A program made the position numbers and the translations under genes. 64,000 bases of DNA, from the NCBI RefSeq assembly GCF_009914755.1, contig NC_060928.1; one strand, written 5' to 3'. Source of the DNA: the human T2T-CHM13v2.0 reference genome, Homo sapiens. Numbering within the stretch: position 1 is the stretch's first letter; every line of letters begins with the position of its first letter. Positions 51,794 through 64,000 of this stretch are shown piece after piece. The notes under the pieces were generated by a model that worked only from the letters and a program-made list of their open reading frames with translations, was not told the origin of the DNA and searched no databases.

Positions 51794-53409
51794 GGAACCA
51801 TTGCCTTAGAATGTGGTCAACAGTCATGAAGTTGAGTTATCTTAGAAAGAAGAATCTTTAATTTTGATTAGATGTGTTAGTTTATTACTTGGCTCTTACA
51901 GTAACATTTGTTTAAGTCTAGATGGCAGCAGCAATGACACAAGAAAATTGAGAACAACATTTCTTTTAATCTTACTCTTATGTCTGGAATCTAGAACTGC
52001 TTTCACATGCTATCTTATTTGATCTTCAGAGTAACTCTCATTGCATATTATTATCCCAGTTTCATAGATGAGAAACTGGAGACTCAGAGACTACATACAG
52101 ATGGTGCTGAAGAGACCATAGACATTTTTCCTACTGTTCAACTAATAACATATTTTGAGCCATTTCTCCTGTGGAAACCAGGTGTAAGGTAGTCTTCTGT
52201 GTCTCTTGCAAAGATTCTGTGGTTATCTTCTAAGATATCCTCCTGATTCTTCCTTCCAGTGTTGCTGCCATTTTGCGTCAGTTGATCACATTTCCAAAAA
52301 TGCTCACTCTTATCTATGGGAATAACATGGAAAAGTAACTTCTTTCATGGCTATCTATGATACTCTCCCAAGCAGCATTCCCAAAAGAAGGGAAACTTCT
52401 TTTGCTTCCATTATGTTTTGTGCTATGTTGTTGTAGATGTATCCATCAGTCCATGTAGACAACATGTTGGACTTTGAAAATTCACAAAAATGTAAGAAAC
52501 AAAACTTAAGTAAACAGCTGCCTTCATGTGGCTTAGGCATGTTAAATTAAGCCACCATAAAAAGTTCACCCTACTTTCACCATTTTAGCTCTAATTATTC
52601 TCTTGAGAAAATTTTGTTAGTATGATATTCTCAGTAGTTGTTCTATTAAAAGTTCTTTTCCATACACTCTTTTCTGAAGTGTTGGAGGTTTCTTTTTCCT
52701 TCTTGATAAAGTTTCTAAAGAGACATTTGATTGCACATTAAAATAGACTTGAAATTTTAATCTGTATTTGTTTCTGTCTTGTCCTGATTCAGAGCATGCT
52801 AAATTATAAATATGCTTACAGCTTTACTTCTGTCTTGCTTGTACTCTGTTCTAATTCCTGTTGGAGGCAGAAACAAAATCACTGCCTATTTTTATCTCAT
52901 TGGACACTGGTCGGATACATCACAACAAATAAAGTTACCATTTCAATTTCCTTTTACTAGATAGAGCAGAGATGGGATTGCTACCCAGGGAGACAATCTT
53001 TTGATAGAAAAAGTTTAAATTTTTATGTACTCGAGACCAAATAAATATGATAGAGTATTTCTTTTTCTTTGAAATTCATGCCTACATCCCAACCCGTAGG
53101 GAGGGTCATTTTTAAAAAGCTGCAGGGAGAAGGGAAAATATGTTCTAGATAATAATATACCACAGTCTACAGGGTGAGCATCTTCTTAGTCATGAGACCT
53201 GGTTTTTATTCATGTTTTTCTGTTAACTCACAGACAACTATCATCTTCTTCCACACACTAATTTGTGTTTGTAGTCATTAAGACAAAGACCTTGATTTCT
53301 AGCATTTGCTTAATGAAATTCAGTTTCTAAGAATCAGCTTGTTTTGCTCAGTTTAATTTAGGTGTTTCTTCCGAACACATGGGAAAGTTCCCCCAATTCA
53401 ACAATTGGT

Positions 53410-53850
53410 ATTGGTTTGCTGAGTGTATAGCACTGTGTTAGGTGCTATGGCATGGCTAGGCTAAAAGCCAATGATTGATACTTACATGGAATTCATAATC
53501 TGAGCAGACATTTCTATCTAAGAAAAAAGTAATGAGCAATCTACAGAAATATTATAGGTATACTCACACATATTATAAGTAAAATATAAATATGTTGTGC
53601 AATTGCCAAAAAGAAACTCTACAGGATTCTGTAGAAGGGCAAGAGATCAGTGTAATTTTGTTAGAAGAGTAAACCCTATGAGTGGGTGAACAGTAGTACA
53701 GAGCCGTAAGTTATGGCTAATGTGTGAGTATAAAGGAAGGGGATACACAGGCATTCTGGATGCAACAGCCTCAGGCATATAATTCCAAATTACAGTAAAG
53801 ATTAGGAAACTGTTGAGTGATTTGTTGCAGTGCAGAGCCATAACCATTGT
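53410..53850 (-). mobile_element. L2 fragment
   Basis: gcactgtgttaggtgctatgg...catggaattcataatct. Confidence 0.55.
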
Positions 53851-55202
53851 GAGTGGACTCTGACATGGTTGTCCTTGTGCTTTCAGCCTTAGCCAGCTGC
53901 AGCTTGCATTTTGGAATCCATCTTGTTTTGATGACTGAGCCTGTGTCCTTCTCCTATTATATATATATATGTTTAATCACTCATTTTACCTGTGAAAATT
54001 TGCCCCATATCTCTGTTTATAGATTATTTCTGCAATCAGTAGTAAATTCCAATAAGTAAGCCTCCAAATTAACAAGACATTCGAATCTAGTAGGGACAAT
54101 TTTTGAAAGTATCTAAATATTCAGCCTTCTGCCTTTACCTGAAAGAGATGCTGGTATGGATAACCCAGGATTGCAATTATCTATAACACTTATACAGGCA
54201 CTCATAATACTTTGCATAGCAGCTAAAAACTGGTTTGTCTCTTTGGGTTTTTATTTTATTGGTGATCATAATGTTATGCTAGTATAACATTACTAAGGTA
54301 GTCCACTTTGCAGGCTGACTTTGAGTTTGCTCTGGATCTTCTGTTGGATTTTCAGATCCTTGAACAAGAAATTTGAGACTTTCCCCTCCTTTCCATTTCC
54401 TGGTCTGGCCACAGGTTTCTGTGCAGTCTTCTTTGTCCATTTTAACTGGCAAACAGAGTGACTCATGACCAACCATTTCACTTCTGGCCACCTTTCACAT
54501 CCTACTTACAAAATAAGCACAATTATAGCCAGTGCCACTTCAAAGAACACACATAGTTAAAGGAATAAAGGGGTGTTTTCGAAATAAAACTATAGAAACA
54601 GAGCTAAGTGTTAGGGTCTGTGTCGATACTAAAAATGGGAAGAAATTAAAAAGAAATTGTGAACCATTCTAGAATGTTTCACCCAGTGCTAGTAAGTGGT
54701 ACCTTTTTATAAGTATTTTAATGTAATAATATAATGGTTACTGTAATTCTAATATTTGACAACATTCTTAATAATAAGTATTTCTATGTGGCCAATTGAG
54801 CCCAGTTTAGGTGGGAGGTATTCTAGTTTAAAAAAAATGAAAACTTAAATTCAAAACATTAGGAGAACTATATATGAGAAATTTAGTATTTTCTATGTCA
54901 AGATTTTGGTCCTCTTTTTGTATAATGCTTATCCCTAAAGAATCCCTTTTTCAGATGTTCTAAATGCTTGCCCAGAATTCAGAGGGTATGGTGGCGGGAT
55001 GCCTTTCTCTCTTACTCCATAGCACTGTCTTGTAATAAGTGCAGAGGGGTGGCAATACACCCAATGGCCAATAATTTAAAATGAAAATCAGGAAGGAAAG
55101 AAATTAGAATAAGTATAGATACTTTCCATTATTTTAGTAGTTTAGAGATGCCATTAGAACTGCTAGAGATATTCATACTGCTATTAAATTAATGTGAATG
55201 TC

Positions 55203-55569
55203 TGTCTTAGTACTTTTGGGCTGATATAACAAAATAACTTAGAGTGAGTAGTTTAAAAACAACAGAAATTTATTTCTCACAGTTCTGGAGGCTAGGAAAT
55301 TGAAGATCAAGCCATCAGCTGATTTGGTGTCTGATGAAGGCCCCATTTCCTGGTTCACAGATGATGCCTTCTCTCTGTGCCTTCACATGGTGGAAAAGGC
55401 AAGACAGCCTTCTGAGGCGTCTTTTATATGGGCACTAATTCCATTCATGAAGACTCTGCCCTCATTGCCAAATCACCTTCCAAAGGCCTCAGCTCCTAAA
55501 GCCATTGCATTGGTGATTAGATTTCGACTTAGGAATCTTGAGGAAGACACAAACATTCAGATTACAGCA
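55203..55569 (-). mobile_element. MLT1A-like MaLR LTR
   Basis: aacaacagaaatttatttctcacagttctggaggct...gacacaaacattcag. Confidence 0.88.
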
Positions 55570-56639
55570 GTCTGCTTTAATGTTCTCCCATTCAGTTAAA
55601 CTTGTATTAGATTGTGTATAGCCTGGCATGCTTAAATAGTATTTTCTGTAAAGTTGACACAGTAAATACTTTCAGTGTTCTGTGAAGTCAGTCAAATTCA
55701 GAAGACTAGCCCTACATATGAATTTGATCTATGTATATGTTGTTGCCATGAACTATAGTACATATGTTTAATAATTGTCTACGTGATTTATTCTTGGCTT
55801 GATCTACCACATATTATCATTTGTGTAGAAAAGGTGTTCAAAAGAGACTGTATAAATAGCCTATAAACATCAGTTCTGTTCAATGTGAAGAGGAAAGAGT
55901 TATCATAATGGTTCATACGGCATTCTTATAGGTCATTCCTCTGTCCCAATAAAGTACAGAGACTGTACTTTGAGAATTCAGAAATTGGCAACACTTTCCA
56001 CACAGTTTATGATTCATAGTAGGGACTATGAAGAGCCTTAATGTGAATTAGCCATTTGTTTCCATAATTTTAGATTATTCTGAAAAGAGCATTTAAATAG
56101 CATTGATAAAATGTTCATGAGTAACACATTACTATACTCCAAGACTCAGAATAAGTTCATATACTGAGGTTTGGGGATGAGTGGTGACTGGATTTTGGTT
56201 TGAATGCTTAGCTATTTAGGGCATAGTGCTAATCTAGCCACCAATATCCCATAAGAGCCAGTTATCTTCATTTAGTGTCAAAGGCATACACTTCATTCTT
56301 AACTGAAGAGAGTAGCTGATCAAACTGACACAGCAAAGCAGAGTACTGCCAGATGTGTGCACACCCAACTACGTTACCAAAATTAACACACTGCGATTAT
56401 CCCAGAGTCACTTATCTCCTAATGTGTGAAGGAATTCTGGTCCTTTTTAGAAGGTCATATGAGGGGAAATGATACTAATAGAATGACAGTCAAATAGGGG
56501 TCTTCTGTGGCATTGTGATGAAGTCTACCTCAATCAAACCCGTTTGAACACATGATGTTTTGTTAAATAAATGGAACAATTTATTTATAGAAAAATTATT
56601 TATTAGAAAAAATAGTTCATCCCATTGGAATTGCATTTT

Positions 56640-56910
56640 TCAATGATAATAATAAATAGTAGTTAATATTCATTGAGAGATTAGTATATCTACATGCCAG
56701 TCTACATAGAGTTCTACATAGATTATCTAATTTTATCTTCACAATAACGTGATGAGTAGATAGTTTATGATTCCATATTAAAGATGACACTGATGTCCAG
56801 ATGGGTTTAAAAAAACCCTTCCTGCTTGAATCTACATAGCTCCTAAACGAGCTATCCCAGGTCAAACTGACCACTCTGCTTATCTCCAAACCCCTGTGCT
56901 ATGTGAATAC
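56640..56910 (-). mobile_element. MIR SINE, degenerate
   Basis: taatattcattgag...tcttcacaataac...ccatattaaagatgacactga. Confidence 0.6.
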
Positions 56911-58088
56911 AACAATCTTTTACACAATTAAAATAGGATTAAGAATTAAAGAAATAGGAGTTTTGTTTATGTCCCAGACCTGTTTCACTCATATGCCTTC
57001 GCTGATTGGTCAATTGGTCAATGAATCTAAAAAGCTTTTTTTTTTTTTTTTTTTTCCCAAATACGGTTTAAAACAGAAGTATAAATCCAAATTAGAAAAG
57101 TTTTTTTATGTAGTTGTTGACTAAGATTATTAGATGCTTTCAGAATATTCAAGCCAGATGTGAATTCTCAGACTCAGCTGTGGAACACTGAAGAATGAAG
57201 CTTTATAGTTGGTATTTCCATCTGCACTTCAACTGTATTTGTCAAATGGCTGACACCCTTAGCATAGCCTCTCTAATATAAGGGGGAATTTGTTAGTGAG
57301 TTCATGTTGCTTGTCCTAATTCAAAAGGTCACTAATCTATCATGTGCTCCATAATCTCATTACACAGCAGGGACCTCTTTCCAGTTGTTAAAGAACCAGT
57401 AGGACTGATTGGCCTATTACATGGGGCAGTCAGGCATTTGTTTACTGGCCCATCTAGAAACTGGTGCTTTAAACTGTTTTTTTGGATGGGTAGGAGGTCT
57501 GTTCCATCTGGAACCTTGGTACCTCTTCCAGATGACCCTGCCCCAAGTGGCTTCCATGTTTGATTTGTGAAGGTAGTTCTTGAGCACTAGCAACAGGTTA
57601 GGTGTGGTTGGGGAACTTACACTTACTGTAACAAAACGCCTTGATCAGATAAAAAATTACTGTTGGAATAATTTTCTGAATCACTGACCCTCATCCAGTG
57701 GGAGACTAAAGCTCCTCCCCTGATTGCTTTTTCCCAGTAATAATTTAAATGGATGACTATTTTTGGTAACCTTTATTTATAGTTTGTCAAAATGAGCAGA
57801 ATATTAGCTAAAGGAAGTATGTTTTCCTTTGTGGAGCAATTAATTTTTCTTTTCAAAAAGGCTGTCAGGAGATAATTTTTGTAGGTTGCTTATATAACAA
57901 CATCAATAATTTAAAAAAATTACATACACACGTACACACGCACTTACATTATTCTGAGTTTTAGATATGAGGCTCTTGGAAATGGCTTATAAACTTTGGG
58001 GATTTTTTAAAAAAGATAAACTGCCATAACCATACTCCAATTTATATTTGCCTGGATATTTGAAGTATCTTCAATAATACTGCTGTTG

Positions 58089-58392
58089 TTTAATGCGCAC
58101 AAAAAAATAATTAAAAAGAATGAATAGGATGTAGTATTAGCTAGTAAAACAGAATGACTATAGTAAAAAATAATGTAATTGTACATTTAAAAATAACTGA
58201 AAGAGTATAATTGGATTGTTTGTAGCACAAAGGATAAATGCTTGAAGTGATAGATACCCTGTTTACCCTGATGTGATTATTATGCATTGCATGCCTGTAT
58301 CAAAATATCTTATGTAACCCATAAACATATACACTTATTATGTACCCACACAAATTAAAAATTAAAAAAATTTTGAAAAGCAACTAAAAAAA
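58089..58392 (+). mobile_element. L1MA-type 3' end
   Basis: aattgtacatttaaaaataact...taccctgatgtgattatt...atgtacccac; A-rich tail; flanking tgctgttg repeat. Confidence 0.88.
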
Positions 58393-61073
58393 AATTGCTG
58401 TTGCCATAGAAAGTTTTTTATTATACACTGTCTTCATTCTAAAAACCTAAGGCCATGCCCTGTACAGGGTTTGGATTCTTGTCTAAAGCAGAATTATTAA
58501 TTTAGAAGCCATAAATTAAATTTCCAAACATTCAAACAGGCTTCTTTCTCCCCAGGGTAGATTTTTAACTCTCTATGTCAGGATCTATTGGCAGTTTTTT
58601 GTTCCAACTCAGGTGTCAAGGGTCATGTGGAGACCATCATGATATGGCCTAATCTATAATTTAAGTATCATGTACATTTCAGTTTAATATTTTAAAATGA
58701 AAGTAATAATAATGTGCATTTTAGAATTTTTACTGCTTGAATTGGTGTCTCAAGTTTATTTCAAGGTGACCAATGAACAATGATTTTGGATCTCATTAAA
58801 TTCTTAAATTTTCTGGCTGTATAGCTCTTTGTATATTTCTGTATGACTACATATCACTCTTTTATAGTATATTCATATAAGATTTTCTGCACTTTTTTGT
58901 ACCATCCAGAAGAGCCATATTGTAGGTAGAGGTTATTATATACTTTATGAATTGCAGAAGTAAACAGTTTTGAATAATTCAATACACTAAGAATATATGG
59001 TTCCACATGGACCTCCTAGAACATTTTTGACACAAATAATTACATCACAGGAGTGATTAATACTTACGCAGATATGGCTGGCTAGGTCTTTCAGTATACT
59101 GAATGTTTACTGTATGTGAGAATGATCCCTTGCACCTTTTCAAGCACAGCTGTCTAGTAAACATTTATTGACTATTTGTCCAATAGGCTATGTAGCTCTG
59201 ATATTTGATAATAGGATTAATATTTTGACTTTTCTGTCTACATTACTGTACTAATTTGATTATTTTCCCTGGGCCTATCATGATGACAAGGAATTATGTC
59301 TGTTGACCTTAAAATGACCTTGAGGAAATGAGGTGCTAATATCAATTTAGGTGACAGATGATAAGTGCCTGTGTTATAGCTGACTGAAAATTCATGTTCC
59401 ACAGCGTAATATCTATTTGGAATCTAAAATTCTAAAGTTGAATATGACATTTAGTAAAAAGATATCCAGTAGAATATATATTCATATCTCTGTGTGTGTA
59501 TGAGTGTGTGTATTTGAGCCAAATATTCTCTTTGGGTGTTGCTAAATAATGGAAAAAGTTACCACCAAATTTGTTATGTGTTTTAAATGATAGCATTTGG
59601 TTATCATTTATTAAGGGCTCTCAAATCATACCTGCAGCCAACATTGTGGATAAGAGAATACTTGGTAACAATCATTATTAAAATAAGAAATTCTTGGAAA
59701 GGTGGATTTCAGCATTGCTTTCTCAGAAAACATATGGTACTTGAATTTGCCTTCTTCTCTGTGTCTAGTCAAGGTTTGCATTTCTTTAATGATGTGCATT
59801 TGCCCTTTTCCACTATAAAAAGAATTGCTTTTTGCCACAATCAGAAAACATTTAGTATATTTTATGTGGACACTTTCTCAGTTGGTAGAAGACGGAAGAC
59901 CAAATAAGCTTATAAATAGTAATACACATGCATGATAATAGTAACAGATTATTTTAGTCTGCTGGCAGTTATAGGTAGGTATTTTTATACTTAATTTGAA
60001 AAATACTTGAGAATTAACAGCAAATGTAAAATTCAAAGAGCTGAATTATGAAAAATGATATTTTATCTCATACAAATACATTTTTAAATTCTAAGATAAT
60101 GAAACTGAACTCTTAGTGTGAGTTTAGAAGTGAGGCTGAAAACAGATCTCAGGACTATTTTTAGTAGACTTTGTTTAAATTCTTGCTAATGTCCAACTAA
60201 ATACATTTGAAGTTATTTAGATTGCAATAAAAAAAACCACCTTCCTGCTTCTTTATTTCATTTGATGTCTCAAATCCCACATTATTTATGGAAAGCTGAT
60301 TTTAAAATAATGTTTTATTTTTGAGTTGACGTAAAACATCAAACTGAAATTTGATTTTTCCATAAACATAAAAAGACATTTTTTTGTTGTTGTTGTGTTT
60401 GCTTTTTAACAGATATGTATAAATGACTCTCCTCCCAGTGGAAGTCATTTTTGGAAATTTTAGTGATACAGTCCAGTTTAATTGCTGAATTGTTTACAGG
60501 TGTTAAAGATTTCTAGCATTGATAGTAGAGAAATTTTTCCTCATTAATTTTTCTTTTTAGGAATTTGAAGCCCTTTAGAATATAACATAAATACATTTTG
60601 CTTCAAGTTTAATAGCAGAAAAAGATCCCTTCCACCTACCTCATCATCTCTGTGTACACTAAGCTCTCCCAAGAGCACTCTGTGTGACTTACCGTGATGA
60701 CAGGTTTTTGTGTCTGTTTTAATCGTATTTACCATACGCAGGTGCCAATTGTTCTGTGAGCATACACATAACAGCAGGTGGTGCCAGTCAGGATTCAGCC
60801 AGGATTAAGGAGGAGGGGCTCTGCATTCCACAGTGCACATAGCCACCTTTTGTTTTCCCATGACAGAAATCCCCTTCCCTCCCCACCTGCCAGCCCTGCT
60901 TATCCACCTCGCTCTAGGAGCTCAATTTGTGGTGGTGTGCTTTGTGAAAAAGTACCAACCACCCTTACGTCAAGAAAGTCCAAACGATTGTGCAAAGTAT
61001 GGCCCGTGTTGTTCTTTGGGAAGTCAATTTTAACTTTTAAGATCGTTGTCATGAAATGACAGTTAATTTTCTT

Positions 61074-61640
61074 GTTAGAAAGTTCTGTAGAACTTCTAAC
61101 AAAAATGTTAGAAAGTTCTGTAGAACTTCTAACAAAAATGTTAGAAAGTTCTGTAGAACTTCTAACAAAAATGTTAGAAAGTTCTGTAGAACTTCTAACA
61201 AAAATGTTAGAAAGTTCTGTAGAACTTCTAACAAAAATGTTAGAAAGTTCTGTAGAACTTCTAACAAAAATGTTAGAAAGTTCTGTAGAACTTCTAACAA
61301 AAATGTTAGAAAGTTCTGTAGAACTTCTAACAAAAATGTTAGAAAGTTCTGTAGAACTTCTAACAAAAATGTTAGAAAGTTCTGTAGAACTTCTAACAAA
61401 AATGTTAGAAAGTTCTGTAGAACTTCTAACAAAAATGTTAGAAAGTTCTGTAGAACTTCTAACAAAAATGTTAGAAAGTTCTGTAGAACTTCTAACAAAA
61501 ATGTTAGAAAGTTCTGTAGAACTTCTAACAAAAATGTTAGAAAGTTCTGTAGAACTTCTAACAAAAATGTTAGAAAGTTCTGTAGAACTTCTAACAAAAA
61601 TGTTAGAAAGTTCTGTAGAACTTCTAACAAAAATGTTAGA
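61074..61640. repeat. Minisatellite/VNTR: 17 identical copies of 33-bp GTTAGAAAGTTCTGTAGAACTTCTAACAAAAAT plus a 6-nt partial copy
   Basis: 61074-61634 is 561 bp = 17 x 33; the ORF track shows 17 identical 11-aa repeats. Confidence 0.98.
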
Positions 61641-61829
61641 GTTGAAATTTAAACAAATACAGCACCTCTCAAATTCTACAGGAACATATAGATATCACCT
61701 ATATGTGTATAATAAATATAATATTTTTGTTATTGCAAAATCAGTATATATGTGAGTGCTCTCTTTTGTGTGTGTATGCATGCAAGTGACTTTAATGTGT
61801 GATTCATACTAATTTCATTTTTTAGAGCA

Positions 61830-62000
61830 TAAACTTTTAGAGCTGAAAGCTTGAAATTTCCAGTTCTAACTGTCTTATTCCATATAAGGAAATGGAGACC
61901 CAAAGAAGTCAAGCACCTTGGCCAGAATCATGTACGTAGTTAGTGGCAGACACGGGCCTAGAACTCATGTCACTTGATTCCTAGAAAAGTGTTTTTCCTG
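61830..62000 (-). mobile_element. MIR SINE
   Basis: aggaaatggagaccca...gttagtggcagac...ctagaactc. Confidence 0.65.
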
Positions 62001-62739
62001 TTTCTTACAGGTCATCTGAAAGAGCAATCAAAACTAGCAATGGGAGAGAGAATTTCAGTGTTGATTTTGGGAGAGGTATAGCTTTAGCAAAGCCCCTGAT
62101 CTACTGCATGAAGGAGACTTGTGATTAACTTGGCAGTGAGCACAAGCCATGTTTCTAACACCAAGTGGGGTACTGAGCTTCTATCTACAACGTTATTACA
62201 CAAAAGCTAATTTCCCAATATTTACTAATCAATTGCTTCATGAGAACTTGTCGTACCGGTGCTCCCAAACTAGGTCTGTTGTTCAGCTGTGATTTGTGGA
62301 TGGGGCACTATTTTACTATAGTCACTACTCTGGTGTCCCCAGGAAATTAGATGGCTTCACCTGGTTCAGGTATATATTTTGTAATACTTTAAGACCATCT
62401 TTAATTAGAACTAAAACAAAAAAAGTAGTTGAAATAAAAATATTATGAGGAAACAATATTTGGGTTTGTTGAACCATTAACACATATGTCCTCTAAAGGT
62501 GTTTGGTTTAACAGTGTGTGTAGTTTTATTTTTTAGTCTCTTTCTACCTTGATTCAAGTACCCTCCCCTCCTCCCCCCAGCCCCACAAAACACACAGGCG
62601 TGCACGTGAGCGTGCTCTTAGGCCTCTTACAGTTTTTGCAAGCCGACCACAGGGGCTGGACTCATTCTGTAAGTGTTTGAAGTTCAATTACTATGGTACT
62701 CTTATTACGAAGGGTTACTGGTGGGGTGCCTTTTATTCA

Positions 62740-64000
62740 TCTATGTATTTATTTATTCTTCACTTAGCACATTTATTGAATGCCTTTTAATGACCAGACA
62801 CCGTGCCAAATACAAGATACAAAAATGACAGAGACATATTCCTTGGTCTCAAGAAGTTCACGGTTCATAAAGGCAAACAAATACATAAATAGATGATTAC
62901 TATGTGAGATGATAACTGTGATATGGAAACATACATAGCCTATCACAGGAGCACAGAAAAGGCTAGGCAAGAGCTCCTGCAAGCTATGATGACTGAGCTG
63001 AGCTTTAAAGAATAAATAGGAGTGAGCCAGGCACAGGTGTGACTGACAGTACTTCTGGGAGAAAGTGGAGTCTGAGCCATCTCATGAGGTGGTGAAAGCA
63101 GCCCTGCACATCCAGTGAAGAAGGGCAAACTGAGTAGAGCGTGGACTCTGGAACGGGACCACCTGCTCTGCTGCATGCAAGGTGTGTATGCATGTAACTT
63201 TGGGCAAGTAACTGAGCTTCTCTGTGTCTCAGCTGCCTCATCTGTAAACACTGAGATAATTACAGGACCACCTAATAGGGTTTCTGTGACAATTGTGAGC
63301 TAGCATACATAAAGTGCTTAGAGTAGGGCTTGGCGATAGTAAGCATTATGTGAGTTTTTTGTTGCTAGTTTGTGAAGTGAAAAACAAGCAGGACAGGTGA
63401 GAAATGAGGCTGGAGGCATTGGCAGGAGTAAGATGACTGTATCTCATGTTTATGAGCTTGGACTTTATGCTATGTAGCCAGAGGGGACTTTGAAAGGCTT
63501 AAAAAAGTGGGAAATCATGGCGAGATGTTTTTTTTGTCACTCTGGTGACTGCAGCGAATGGGAAAATCTGGAGACAGATTTTACCCAGGGAGCTGTAGTG
63601 CTAGGGAGACATGATATGGAAATGAACTAAGATGTAGCAGTATGTGTAGGAAGAATAGGGAAATTAGTCTGCTCAGGCCACTGAGGGGACATGGGAGTGA
63701 AATGGAGGGGGCGGAGGGGAAACAAGAGTCCAAGATGGCCCCTTAGTGTGTAGTGCTGGTGATTTGGTGGCTGGTGGTACTAGCAACTGACCTAGCTAAT
63801 GGTAAAGGAGGAGCAGGTACAGAGGGGAAGATACTGGGTCCAGATTTTCACATGTAGGTCCTAAAGTTTCTGATGGAAAAGTCCAGCAAGCATTTGAAGT
63901 GTAACACTTGGGAGGAAGGTCAGGACAGATAGAGTTTTAGGAACCATCAGCATGGTGAGGTTGAAATCACGAGTAATAAAATCCCTCATAGGTGGAGGAC
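62740..64000 (-). mobile_element. L2 LINE with a nested + strand MIR (about 63185-63360)
   Basis: catttattgaatgcc...ccagacaccgtgcc L2 end; MIR ttgggcaagtaact...cctcatctgtaaa...aaagtgcttaga; L2 resumes at about 63370. Confidence 0.8.

Noticed and set aside
55951-55971. 9-bp hairpin aaagtacag-aga-ctgtacttt
   Set aside because: Within chance expectation for 64 kb of AT-rich sequence.
61074-61640. CRISPR-like array (palindromic repeats of about 30 bp)
   Set aside because: Units are head-to-tail and identical with no unique spacers, there are no cas genes, and the context is a primate intron.
61049-61755. Three long ORFs (193-227 aa) of 11-aa repeats
   Set aside because: Consequence of a 33-bp unit lacking stops in some frames; there is no synonymous variation or exon context. 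The match to the 33-residue ankyrin repeat length is coincidental (nt versus aa).

Overview
This is AT-rich primate (almost certainly human) genomic DNA from the ANK2 (ankyrin-2/ankyrin-B) locus, with the gene on the + strand. The only credible protein-coding sequence is the 84-nt first coding exon at 46083-46166 ([28 protein letters not shown], then a GTAAAT donor), with its promoter and 5'UTR at about 45850-46082. Everything downstream is intron 1. The upstream 46 kb is non-coding and, from recalled ANK2 annotation, intronic to transcripts from more distal first exons. The window is dense in interspersed repeats (Tigger3, L1, L2, MIR, Alu, MaLR/ERV LTRs, MER5), several nested or with readable target-site duplications (TSDs). 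Subfamily calls are from memory of consensus sequences, and boundaries of old repeats are approximate. The supplied ORFs are chance or repeat-derived. There is no prokaryotic-type system or CRISPR array. The most notable observations are: (1) a perfect 17-copy 33-bp quasi-palindromic minisatellite in intron 1 (61074-61640); (2) a layered first-exon architecture with a strong-Kozak upstream ATG inside an RFX X-box, a phase-0 GTAAGT donor, an overlapping acceptor and stop/start-coupled uORFs; (3) a 36-bp orphan insert with a perfect 17-bp TSD; (4) a 24-bp perfect palindrome and an RFX motif cluster.
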